The notes beneath the pieces are model-generated. The model had not been told where the DNA came from and did no database searches. It saw only the letters and a list, made by a program, of their open reading frames with translations. The position numbers and the translations under genes are program-made. This document shows, one piece after another, positions 37,601-49,209 of a DNA stretch of 64,000 nt (its first letter is position 1; every line of letters starts with the position of its first letter). The stretch lies in contig JANNCQ010000067.1 of assembly GCA_031386685.1 (NCBI GenBank), positions 71 to 64,070 of the forward strand, given 5' to 3'. This DNA comes from Candidatus Altimarinota bacterium (GTDB lineage: Bacteria; Patescibacteriota; Gracilibacteria; BD1-5; UBA2023).

Positions 37601-38745
37601 TTCCCTCATGTACTACAGCCTGTGGCTGGTGGATTTCCTGTATAGATTTGGGTGAGATTATTGTAGTAGATCTGTGTTTGCGCACAGTCACCAACGATGA
37701 TTCGAAGATCATTGGAACCAGCTGTTCCTCCTGATGGATTCATCGTGAAAGATGATGCTCAGCAGGTATAAAAGGAGATTTTTCCATTTTTTACAATAGC
37801 CTGAGAACCAGGAAGAGTAGAACTTCCATCAGGGTTACAGAGAGTAGAAGATGAGACAGAGAGTCCCCCTGTATGGAAATCTGTATCTCCAGCATGAAGC
37901 GTCAAAAGATCGACCACCATGCCTTCTCCCATATTCGGAGTAGCAAGAGATAACTTCACTGGTTGAGAAAAAATAAGATGTGTTCCAGAAAGTCAGAATT
38001 CAAATCCTTCTACCTGTGCTTCTGCTTGTCATTTTCTTATACTTCCTCGATTTTTCATTTTTTTTTCATACTTACTCTTTGCCTTAAATCTTTTGGCACT
38101 ATCGAGTGAAGTGATATCTATAAAAGCCGTATCGATAATATCGCCTCTGAGCGTACGAATAATAGTTCCTGAAGATATTTCTACAGTAACCTCTCCTCGA
38201 GCAGTATCAATTTTTTTTTGATTCTTTATTTTTCTATTCACTTTTATTACTTGCTTCTTTTCATGAGGGAAGATAGTATCGAATACTTCTCTAGGTTGGA
38301 TATCTGACATCATCTGTGATTCTAGGATTACTCCTGTATTATTTTCTGGAATAAAAGAAAATAAAGATAATGGGGTTCGTTGTGAAAGAATATTCTGTAC
38401 AAATGGATCCGTAATAAATTCTGGCATTAGAACTTTTTTTTGTATCTCAAATACGCGCTGTTCGGATAGAAGCGTCATAAAATTATCCTCGAAAGAATCA
38501 TCACTCACAAAAGAAATTTGCCCAGACTCATTAGTATCCGCATAAGATAAAGTTTCTGGATTCGGTAAGGGTGGATCTCATACAATATTTCACTCCAGAA
38601 GTCACGCCCGCATATCAGGCGTATCACCAAATGGAAGCTCTTCAAGACTATGAAAGCTTTCATCTGAAATACTCTCTGTCGCATGGAGAGTATGAGAAAT
38701 GGAGAGAACCAAGATGAGTATATACACCGTAAACTTCTTCAGCAT
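34696..38745 (-). CDS. giant secreted protein (1349 aa) with LamG/jelly-roll-like region
   Basis: One frame links track ORFs 38029..38508, 37759..37959, 37279..37479, 35392..35622 and 34696..35244 through TGA codons. Signal peptide MLKKFTVYILILVLSISHTLHA. Internal segment ITFPAALTAAQKNQVESYFAIKYAITLDQ. Confidence 0.8.
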
Positions 38746-38780
38746 ATTCTTATACTGCCATAAATCGTGATTCGAATCAA

Positions 38781-38806
38781 AAAAATCTCTTTTAAAAGAG
38801 ATTTTT
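38781..38806. terminator. palindromic A/T-flanked hairpin
   Basis: AAAAATCTCTTTTAAAAGAGATTTTT, located downstream of the minus-strand gene ending at 38838. Confidence 0.5.
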
Positions 38807-38837
38807 TCTATTGACGAATAAGTTTAAAATCTATAAG

Positions 38838-39656
38838 TTATTTTTTTGATTTTTTCCATCCTGATTCGATGATACGTATACAGTTAGGGACCATATCTAC
38901 GATAATACGTGTAACATAACCAGGAAGTCGATCTTTTGACGAGAGAAATACAATATAACCAAAGAATTCATTTCCTGAAATCAGAGGATAAACATGTCCA
39001 AATTTTCATGATGTAAACTCAGGAATCTTATATGGGACATGGGATCTCCTGTTTGGAAGGTCTATCTTTTCATTGACTGGACTACCTCCATGGGATTCTC
39101 GGTACTTCACTGCAAAGATATCCTGAAGTATTTGATGACGCTCGATCCAGACAACATCTGAAAGAGAAAATGTATCCTTAAGAATCGTAAGAAGTGTGTG
39201 AATATTCCCAATGCTATGAGTCTCGAGAGCATCTACAAGAGCATATCCGAGAGTACGCTCAGTATTTGCTTCTTGGATTCGCTCATTGGTAACAGCAAGA
39301 CAGGAACGCATGAGCATCTCATAAAACCTTGGATTGTCTTTGGCGATCAGTGCAATGGTTTTTTCTGTAAGAATATATACTGTTCATGGCTGCTCAGTTA
39401 CGACCCGTACTGGTTTTTTAAAGGCTCCATAGAATATCCCTTCACCCATGACGCTCGGCGTATCGACTTCCCCGACCTGATGCATGCCTCAGAATGCACT
39501 CTCTGACCAAACAGTATACCAGCCCGTTGCAAATATATACAGATTATGATTAGATTCATTATTGATGACGATATCGCCCGTATGGTATATGCGTGATTCT
39601 ATATGGTACTTCTCACAGAGTGAAAGTACAGATGTAAATAAATTCTTTTTTATCAT
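38838..39656 (-). CDS. hypothetical protein with a possible cyclic-nucleotide-binding-like N-domain
   Basis: 272 aa with TGA read through. The segment G-GMHQVGEVDTPSVMGEGIFYG loosely resembles the cNMP-binding fold. Confidence 0.4.
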
Positions 39657-39670
39657 AGATCAATGTGAAA

Positions 39671-40723
39671 TTATTCAGTAAGCATAGCAAGACGAGCCTT
39701 ATCATGAAGATATTTTTCTATGACAGAGCGTGTCACATACTTCCGCTTATAGAGATCGATGATCGCATCATCCATAAGGATCATTCCATCTTGTTTGGAG
39801 ATTTCGAGTATAGAGTACATGTGATGTGTCTCTCCTCGAATGATAAGATTTCGGATAGAATCATTGTTAAGCATGACTTCTCGAGCTACTACGAGTCCTG
39901 TGCCATCTGCTTTCGGAAGAAGTACCTGAGAGACGATCGCCTTCAGAGCAAGAGAGAATTGCATACGAATCTGAGCCTGTTCATCTGGTGGAAATGATTG
40001 TATAATACGATCAACCGTCTGAACTGTATCATTAGTATGAAGTGTCGAAAATACGAGATGTCCCGTTTCAGCAAGAGTCACTGCAGCACGGATAGTATCG
40101 AGATCGCGCATTTCTCAGACGACAATAACATCTGGATCTTCACGAAGGATAGATCTAATCCCGTCAGGGAAATTCTCATATTGCTTACCGAGTTCTCTCT
40201 GATGGATGAGGGACTTCTTATTCTCATAGATGAATTCCACTGGATCTTCCAGAGTGATGATATGTTTCTGGGTATTGCGGTTTATATGTTCGAGCATTGC
40301 TGCCATCGTCGTCGATTTACCACTTCCTGTTGGACCTGTGATAAGGACGATACCCTTTTCTGCAATCGTCAGATCAAGCAGGTGCTTCGGGAGCCCGATA
40401 GATTCTGGTTCAGGAATGACTGATGGGATCATTCGCATCGCGATAGTGATACCACCATTGATAACACGTGATATATTCACACGAAATCGTGTGCGATTGC
40501 GCTCATAAGAAGTATCGATAGTATGCTCGGTAAAAGGTTTTGGCATACAATAACTAATAATAGTCGTTATATCTACTTCTGTGACCTTTCCAAAAGCAAC
40601 AACGGGTGACATATCACCGACATGATTGCGTATATAGGGGTACTCTCCTGTTCCAAAATGGAGATCAGAGATTCTATTTTTGATAATATCATCAATAAGT
40701 GAATTAAAGCGTTCGATCTGCAT
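39671..40723 (-). CDS. pilT: type IV pilus retraction ATPase PilT
   Basis: Walker A GPTGSGKST, Asp box and His box. DPDVIVV-G-EMRD has TGA (40112-14) at the invariant Gly. 350 aa. Confidence 0.92.
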
Positions 40724-40885
40724 AAAAGTGAGATGAATTAGATATGTACTTTCCTAAGCCTAGCAGATATTTTATCTCTGATCAAGTATTATGAAGATTT
40801 TTCATGAAAATCCCTCGACAAATCATAAAAAATAAACTTTCATGATTATTTTGACATTCTGAGTCGAACCAATAGACTCGATTCT

Positions 40886-41407
40886 ATGAAACTCATCGTC
40901 GGTCTCGGAAATCCCTGAAAAGAATATATATACACCCGACATAATGTGGGGTTTATGATGATCGATTTGGTTCGGGAAGCCTGGAGATTCGAAGAGTGGA
41001 AAGATTCTGCATTCCAGTGAGTCATGAGTGAAGGAATGCTCAAGTGAGAAAAAATACTCCTCCTCAAGCCGAGTACCTATATGAATCTTTCAGGCGAAAG
41101 TATTGCTTCGGTCGTACATTTCTATAAGCTCGATCCAAGCTCCGATATTCTTGTTATTTCCGACGATATAGATATGGAGTTCGCGAAAGTGCGATATCGA
41201 AAAGAGTGAAGCCACGGATGACAAAATGGTCTCAAGGATATATTACTGAAAGTCGGTACGAACGAAATCAAGCGAATCAAGATCGGTATAGGACGAGATG
41301 AGCGATATAGCGTGAGTGATTGGGTCCTCTCAAAATTCAACAAAGAAGAAAGAGAATTACTCGAAACTGAAGTATTCCATAAAGTCACCGAATATCTCAA
41401 TCCATAA
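40886..41407 (+). CDS. pth: peptidyl-tRNA hydrolase
   Basis: MKLIVGLGNP-G-KEY..TRHNVGF and G-SHG-G-QNGLKD signatures. 173 aa. Confidence 0.9.
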
Positions 41408-41462
41408 ATTACGTTTCAAAAAACTATTTTAGTATACTATTTTTTATGCTTCCCTCATTACT

Positions 41463-42215
41463 ATGCGTCTCGACCAATATATATCTACTGCCTATGGATT
41501 CACTCGCAATAAATCTCAGCATCTTATAAAAAATGGGCTTATATCCATTAAGGAAAAAGTGGTAATAAAACCTTCTTTTGAGGTGAGCTGAGAAGAGCAG
41601 ATTGATCTCAAAGAAGATAGAAGTATCGCTTGGGTCTCTCGAAGTGCTGGGAAGCTCGATGGATTGCTAGAATCTCTCGAATGAGCGAATATAGGTATTC
41701 ATATAGATGGTGCTCATTGTCTGGATATCGGATCATCGACGGGAGGATTCACTCAGGTACTCCTCGAACGGTGAGCGCGTCACGTAGATGCGGTCGATGT
41801 CGGGACTGATCAGCTTCATGCAAGTATCAAAAATAATTTAAAAGTATCGAGTTATGAACAAACTGATGTTCGGAAGCTTGCTACCCCTCGTGAACCGTAT
41901 AGGATTATCACAATCGATGTATCATTCATATCTCTCACAGAGATCCTCACCGAACTTTCACGATTCTCAGATGAAAATACAGAAATATTTCTTCTCTTTA
42001 AGCCCCAGTTCGAGGTCGGACGAGAAAATCTCCGAAAAACATGAGTGCCGAAAAGTGAGAAAATCATAGAGCAAGCACTCATAGAATTTGTCAGATCACT
42101 CCAATCAATGGAGTATAAAGTCCTATATCAAGAAAAAGCATCGGTCATCGGTGAGGCTGGAAACCAGGAATATATGTTTTTCGTGAAAAAAAGAAAAAAC
42201 ACTCTTGACATATAA
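41463..42215 (+). CDS. tlyA: TlyA-family rRNA 2'-O-methyltransferase
   Basis: S4 domain (MRLDQYI...), then VSRSAGKL and LDIGSSTGGFTQVLLER-G-A. 250 aa. Confidence 0.85.
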
Positions 42216-42496
42216 GAAAAAATATATAAATTCCCCGGTCTCAAAACCAATACAAAAATGGAATACCCATGACCATTCTCCTGAAAAAACTGATCAAGTA
42301 CCTGAGCATCCTCCGCCATACTTGGTCGGAAAAAAAGCTCAGACGGGCACAATTGGCACATCAAAAGGCACATCATCCCGATGATGACAGTACTTCTGGT
42401 GGCCCAGCAACCTGTGAGTACAGGGATCCCGCAAATTTCGGAGCGTGCTAAGCGCATCGAGATTGCATAAACTTCTGCATATCAATCTGCGGAAAG

Positions 42497-42525
42497 AAAA
42501 AAAGTCGCCCTTGGGGCGGCTTTTG
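42497..42525 (-). terminator. GC-stem terminator after the minus-strand gene 42554..43279
   Basis: On the minus strand a CGCCC/GGGCG stem is followed by a T7 run. Confidence 0.45.
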
Positions 42526-42553
42526 ACTAATAAAATCTCTATACAAATATACA

Positions 42554-43279
42554 CTATGCTGCAAGGCGAGTCTCTTGATATTCATCAAGTGGAGCATAAT
42601 TTCGAAGACTTGGATTAAGTCTTATGACACGAGCGACTGATTTTTGTTCTTCTTCTCAGCGTAGATAGAGGTGCAGATTGGGTGCTGAATTATTCATTGA
42701 TTCGAGAATCCTGATATAATCTGCATCATCTCTCCTTCCTGCAGGACCCGTACCGATAAATACAATACGCACGATAGGATCGATAGCTGCCTGTATCTTA
42801 CGGGTAATTTCTATGATTTTTCGCATCCTTACTTCATGATCCATATCAGCTATCTGGGCAAGCTCGAAGAGCCCTTCTCGAGATATATTTTCCCGATGGC
42901 CAGGATCAGAAACAAGTCAATCATCATAGATAGTCTGAAGTCCTTTAGCGACAGACTCTTCACTTCATTGCCAATCAAGATTTCATCATCACTTCTTCAT
43001 ATTTGCTACTATAGCAAAGAATCGAGACCTTATAGGTCAAGATACTGTATCGACCATACGTTCACGATGATAGACATGCCCGAGAGGTTTTGATCACTCG
43101 GGAAAGGCGCGAAAATCAGGAGAAAATAATTGACCAATCTGTCATGCAACTGATTTTGGATCAGGATTTTTTCCATTATCAGTCGTTGCACAAACAATAT
43201 TAATGCCTTGTTCTTTCTCACCAGGATTGAGATGAGTCATATCAAAAACATCAGCTGTACGAATTCTAGAAATTGGCAT
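42554..43279 (-). CDS. hypothetical protein
   Basis: 241 aa open with TGA=Gly, including three consecutive TGA codons (KK-G-G-G-NL). Contains track ORF 42656..42844. Confidence 0.45.
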
Positions 43280-43392
43280 AGTTTGACTGAAGTTAAAAAA
43301 ATCTATTATAGATTTTATGGTTCGTGTGTCAAATTTTTACTTTTTTCATTTTGTTCGTATAATCCCCTTAATATCATTATAACATTACCCCT

Positions 43393-44163
43393 ATGTGACG
43401 CTGACCTACTGTCCAAGCCCAGAAAGAAGCTGGCGCTAAGATCAAATCCAAAGTCAATGCCATCCACGCGAAGCTCATCGCCCTTGCCGCTGAGCGTGGA
43501 GCTGATCCAAAAAAGAATAATGCCCTTGCAGAAGCCATCACAGATGCTAAAAAGGCAGGAGTGACGATCGATGTGATCGAACGAGCGATCAAGCGTGGAG
43601 CATGACTCGATGAAAGCGAGAAAAAAGTCGAAGAAGTATTCTATGAAGGATATCTCTCTGGTGGGGTCGCGATCATCGTGCGGGCACTCACTGACAATCG
43701 TAATCGTACCGCACCGAGTATGCGACATATATTCTCAGCATATGGTGGGAATCTCGGGGAGACAGGATCAGTCTCGAACTATCTCTATGACTATAAGGGT
43801 CGTCTCATACTCTCGACTCCAGTAGATTTCGAATCGTTTGAACTGGCTCTTCTCGATACTGAGGCAGAAGATTATGAGAGAATTGAGGAATTAACAACAA
43901 TATGGACAGATCGCACGAGTCTCGCGAGCGTGAAGAAATCTCTCGAAGGATCTGGATATACATTCGAATCTGGAAGTTTTGCTTATATTCCAAAAAACTA
44001 CAGTGAAGTCACGGATTTCGATACTGCGCTCAAAGTCTACTCATTTCTCGAAGCATGTGGTGAAGATGAAGACATCGAAGCTGTATGGAACAATGCTGAA
44101 ATATCTGATGCCCTCTGGGAGAAGTGCCGAGAAAAAGTCGAGGCAAGTAGATTCAGGACTTAG
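43393..44163 (+). CDS. yebC: YebC/PmpR family transcriptional regulator
   Basis: EGYLSGGVAIIVRALTDNRNRTAPSMRHIFSAYGGNLGETGSV is the family signature. 256 aa. The N-terminus is divergent. Confidence 0.85.
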
Positions 44164-44170
44164 TAAAGTT

Positions 44171-44740
44171 ATGACAAAATATTTCCTTCATGGTTGATAC
44201 GTATGAGTAGTTTCTCCGAGAAATACTCAATTTTTCGAATCGATCATTCAAGAAGTAAAAAAAGATGAAATCTCTATCCTCTTGGTTCTCTACGCACGAG
44301 AAAAATCTCGATGGGAAGAAAAAGCGAGAGAAACAGAGAAAAGATTCCTTAGTGCGAGTGGAGATAAGAACCTCTCTTTCGCTATAGCAAGTGAGGATAT
44401 CGTAACCTTCGAAAATCAAATACAAAAATCTGATATCATCTTCATTCATGGTGGTGACACTCAGAAACTTCAGGAGAAACTTATGGATATTCCGAACCTT
44501 GGGGGGCTTCTCTCTGAAAAGGTAGTCGCATAATCCTCTGCTGGAGCACTAGTTTTTTCAGAATACTATTTTGAAAACGATAGTAATACCTATCATAAAG
44601 GTCTCGGGTTTTTCCCCTTAAAAATGATCTGCCACTGGAAAGATCAATGGAATGAACTTGAAGTATTAAAAAAATTTGCTAGTAATGACCAAGAAGTTCT
44701 TCTCATACCTGAGTGAAGCTATATCATAAAAGAAAAGTAA
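44171..44740 (+). pseudogene. peptidase S51 / type 1 glutamine amidotransferase-like protein interrupted by in-frame TAA
   Basis: FIHGGDTQKL..KVVA-TAA-SSAGALVF: the TAA at 44531..44533 sits where the family has the Gly of G-x-SAG. The frame continues for 68 more codons to TAA 44740. Confidence 0.6.
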
Positions 44741-44796
44741 AATCTCTTGAAAATCTAGAAAATGCTCTTATACTATTATTAATTAACTTTCTTCTT

Positions 44797-45258
44797 ATGG
44801 CTGATGATCAAAATCCTCCTGGAGGACAATCCCCGGTAGCTCAGTGATGAGATCAGGGATGAGTGCCAATGCCTCCACCTCGTCCGAAGACCCCGAATGA
44901 TGATCTATTTCAGAGATTTCTCGTGCATCCTCTGACGACTTTCGACGAAGCGACATTCATCAATCTTCTCGAACACTCACTCTCGCTTTCTACATTCGAG
45001 AAAAAACGTGTCATCGATGCTATCATGACGCTTTCTCAGTTTCAGATCGATGAGCTCGTGAAGGTATTCGAAGATGAGCGTGTAGAATTCCGTAAGCTCA
45101 TGCCGACAGAAGGTGAGATCATCAAGTGACTCGTCGTCAAAGCACAAAATGAGTGGGAACAACTCAAGGATATCTATATCGAAGAGCTTAAAGCTCAAGT
45201 CGTCGCAAATGCAGACGCACAAAAAGCAGAAGATCTGAAAAAATCACTCGGACTCTAA
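44797..45258 (+). CDS. hypothetical protein (Pro/Gly-rich N-terminus, coiled-coil C-terminus)
   Basis: 153 aa. Extends track ORF 44863..45129 in both directions through TGA codons. Confidence 0.45.
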
Positions 45259-45268
45259 TACCTCCACC

Positions 45269-45958
45269 ATGAATCACTCTCCTGAAAAAAACGATCGCCT
45301 CCCGATTTTATCGGGATTTTTCATAGCTATCCTCCTCATATCGACGATCACTTCGACAAAGATCATCGATATAGGATCACTCTCTCTCGACGGGGGGACT
45401 CTTCTCTTTCCTTTTTCCTATATCTTTGGGGATATCTTGACAGAAGTCTATGGATACAAAAATACTCGCAAGATCATCTGGACCGGTATGATATCGATGA
45501 TACTCTTCTCACTTCTCGTGATGCTTATAGGTATACTTCCTGCAAATAGTGATTGGACCAATCAAGCTGCATATGATGCCATCCTCGGGACGACTCCTCG
45601 AATAGTACTTGCAAGTGTGATAGCATTTTTCATCGGAGAATTCAGCAATAGCTATGTCCTTGCGAAGATGAAGATATGGATGAATGGGAAGAAGCTCTAT
45701 CTCCGTACGATCGGATCGAGTATAGTCGCTACAGGACTTGATACTGTCATCTTCATACTGATAGCATTCGTATGAGTGTTCCCGCCGAGTCTCATCATCA
45801 CCCTGATCATCTCGAACTATATATGGAAACTCGGCACTGAGATACTCATGACACCATTTACCTATAGAGTGATCGGATATTTGAAGAAATCGGATAGATC
45901 GGATATCTATGATGTCCATACAGAGTTCAATCCCTTTAAACTCTGGGACAAAAAATAG
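45269..45958 (+). CDS. yhhQ: queuosine precursor transporter (YhhQ/DUF165)
   Basis: LFPFSYIFGDILTEVYGY and FFIGEFSNSYVLAKMK signatures. 229 aa. Two track ORFs are joined by one TGA. Confidence 0.85.
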
Positions 45959-45999
45959 ACCTCCTTCCTTTTTTGGTGATTTTCGATATAGTAAGGACC

Positions 46000-46869
46000 A
46001 TGTATATCTCCGTCATTCCCCTTCGACATAGCCTCTCGAAATATCCATATATCTACTTTGCCCCGGAGATGTGGCATGATGCTCTCGCACTGGGGTGTCT
46101 CATTGAGATCCCTCTCGGGAAACATATCGTCGAGTGAATCGTCGCAAAGATCGATATCCCTCCACCAGATACCATAGATCCTTCTGACATCCGATCTCTC
46201 ATCCGAGTGATCGCTTCTCTCGAAATCATTACACCTTCTATGATCTCTATGATTGAGGGGATCGCTGATCACTACTTCCTTCTCATCCACAAAGTTGCTT
46301 CGATGTTTCTGCCGGCACCACTTCTTACAAGACTCGATAAAAAAAATTATATACTCGAGAGGCCTCCTAGAAGAGAGAATATAAGCGAAGTAATCCCGGA
46401 GAGGAAAACAGAAATACATCATTATATTGACGCTATATTTCGAAGGGAAGATCTCTCTTCATACATGAAACCAAGGACGGTCTTCATCTTTCCTGATGAT
46501 ATATTTCTCTCACTCTTTGCAGCTAAAAGAGAAGAGTCTAGCGATGAAGAAGTGGGTCTCATACCGACAGATCTGACCCCTGCAAGACGCGTCTCTGCAT
46601 GGATCGATAGCTATAATGGAAAATATAGTATTATCTTTTGAACTCGAAGACTTCTTTACTATAATCTCTCGCAATATGAGAATATCATCTACATAGAAGA
46701 TGCATTTGGCACCGAGCAATATACTTACCCGATCAAAATTCAAAATCTCGATATCCTCAAAGCCCTCGAACATACTGGAAGTCATACTCTCACTATAGTA
46801 TCATCGACTCTCTCACTCATGACTCTCTCTTATTTCCAAAAAAGTAACATTATCTCACAGAGAAAATAA
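46000..46869 (+). CDS. truncated, degenerate PriA-like protein
   Basis: A PriA 3'-DNA-binding-domain-like N-terminus (YIYFAPEMW..GCLIEIPLGKHIVE-G-IV). The helicase lobe-1-like stretch has no visible Walker A motif, and IEDAF replaces DEEH. Only 289 aa. Confidence 0.45.
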
Positions 46870-46875
46870 CACTGT

Positions 46876-49209
46876 ATGAAACACGCTCTCGAGCACATCA
46901 TCACCCTCATCTACCATCACTTCCGCAGACTCGATCGCATAGGAATCATATGGTATATCGGTATTATTTATACGCTTTTTCTTCTCGGTATGACCTTCAA
47001 GTATACTGTCGTAAATGGCGAATTCTATAAAAAAATCGCCTATGACCAGCAGACGATGGTACTCCGAAACCCAGTATCCCGTGGATCCATCTACTCTTCG
47101 GAAGAATCTCTCAGATGAGTACTCAGTGTATCGACGAATCTCGGAAATCTCGCGATAGACCCTTCTCAGTGAGGATCGAAAGAGAAGCTCCTGACATTTC
47201 TCTCTGATATCGTATTCGACGAATTCTGTACCTATAATACTTCATGTATAGACTCTATGGGGAGCTATATCAGGGAGGATCTCAGCACCCAGAGCAATAT
47301 CAGTGTCAGTGATCTCAAGAAGAAAATACGAAACTATCTCGAAGCCCGCATAGAAGCTCCGATGGAAAGTGTGGAAATCGCTCGAAATATCGATGAAAAA
47401 GCCATAGAAGTCATAGGAAGCTGGCAGGATCCGAGTTTATTTTTCGTCGTGAATAATCTCTATGTGAATCCGACCAAAGTCGCAAACAAAGATCTCCTTG
47501 CTTCTAAAATTGGGACTCTCCTGTCCCTCGATACAAAAAATATCCTTCCCCGTCTCGAAATCCGAAAGAAACAACATCTCGAAATCATCCGAAAGATGAA
47601 TGTCAGTACTCGTGATGCGGTAATTAAACGTCTCAATGCGGAAAGAAATGCGATCAAAAATAAAGAGCTCTACATCGAGGATTCGATCGTACCATTTATA
47701 AAGATAGAGGATAATCTCGTGAGATTTTACCCTGAGAAGAACATCGTCGGGCAAATCACCGGATTCGTCGATGGTGAATGAGTCGGTAAATATGGAATAG
47801 AATGATATTTTCAGAATCTCCTTCAAGGAGATAGTCCAACCCAAAGAGTGATCAAAGATAATGCGAATCGACCTATCGATGGATACGTCTCTCGTGGACT
47901 CATATCGAGCAAGAACTGAGTCGATGTCACTCTCACGATCGATCGAAATATCCAGAAAGAAATCTCATCACGTCTTGCGGCGGCAGTAGAGAAGTTCCGT
48001 GCGAATAAATGAAGCGTGATCGTCATGGATCCCCATACTGGCGCTATAAAAGCTATGGTGAACTATCCTGACTATGATGTGAATAACGCCACGCAAATAT
48101 ATGATATGGAGATGGTCAGCTATGCGAAATACCGAAATCCCTATTTTGACCTTTTCGGGGTTCCCCTTTATGTAGTAGATACTCTGAGTGGAAGTATATT
48201 TGCCAATATCGAATGACAGCGGCTGAAGCTTCGAGAAGCTGAAACTGCTGATATACAAAACTTCAATATCACGAAGTATAAATATAAAAATAAATTCTGA
48301 GCCTGAGTCTATACCAATGATATCATCTCAGCATTCTATGAGCCTGGATCTGTATTTAAGGGTATCACTACTGCGATCGGTATCGATACAGGCGAGATCA
48401 AACCAAGTGATACATACTACGATAAATGATATGTAGAGCTCACCTATGAGTGAGGACGATCCTCTCGTATTTCGAATGTCGCATCACAATGTACCGGTCG
48501 TCATACATACCTCCACGCGCTCGATTGGTCATGCAATGTCGGTATGATATCGATCATAGAAAAGATTGGGCCTTCACTTTTTTTTAAGTATATCCAGGAT
48601 TTTGGATTCGGTACGAAGACGAATATCACGCTCGATGGAGAAAATTATTCACAGATCTCTCCCTATGAGAAATGGTCTCGTACACAGTTTTTCACGATGT
48701 CATTCGGTCAAGGTATCAATGCAACCATGCTCCAAATGGCAGCAGCCTACTCAGTACTCGCCAATGGGGGCGTCTATATGGAACCCCATATCGTCGAATC
48801 TATCACCTATCCCGATGGGAAGAAGATCGATACTATACCCACCCCTATCCGACGCGTGCTCAAAGAAGAAACATCACGTATCGTCACCGCTATGCTCGTC
48901 GATGGGGTGAGAAATGGTTTTGCAAAGAAGTGATGAGTCCCCGGATATACGATCGCAGGAAAGACAGGAACCTCTCAGATACCATATAAATGAGGCTATG
49001 AGAACCGTATCGTCTGACAAGATGTCGGACATACGATCACTTCATACTGAGGATATGCCCCTGCGAATAATCCCAAATTTGTCCTCATCCTCTCGATCAA
49101 TCGACCTCGAACCGATCAATACTCAGAAAATACTTCATCAGCACTCTTTGCTGATATAGCAAAATATCTCCTCGAATACTATAAAATCCCCAAAAATGGA
49201 AGTGTCTAG
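46876..49209 (+). CDS. penicillin-binding protein 2 / FtsI-like transpeptidase
   Basis: N-terminal transmembrane segment. SxxK (GSVFKG), SxN (WSCNVG) and KTGT motifs. 777 aa joined through many TGA codons. Confidence 0.88.

Noticed and set aside
31018-38745. The sortase and the giant proteins as a sortase-substrate pair
   Set aside because: Neither giant protein ends with an LPXTG-like motif plus a hydrophobic tail (their C-termini are ...GFDLVFE and ...FGINLTY).
38761-38780. tRNA-like T-arm strings (GATTCGAATC here; GGTTCAAG at 17303)
   Set aside because: There is no surrounding cloverleaf (acceptor or anticodon stems), and the second string lies inside a coding frame. I found no tRNA or rRNA gene in the window.
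43316-43392. Upstream ATG at 43316 as the yebC start
   Set aside because: It is out of frame with the conserved YebC body. The in-frame ATG at 43393 follows a TATAAT-like box at 43357-62.
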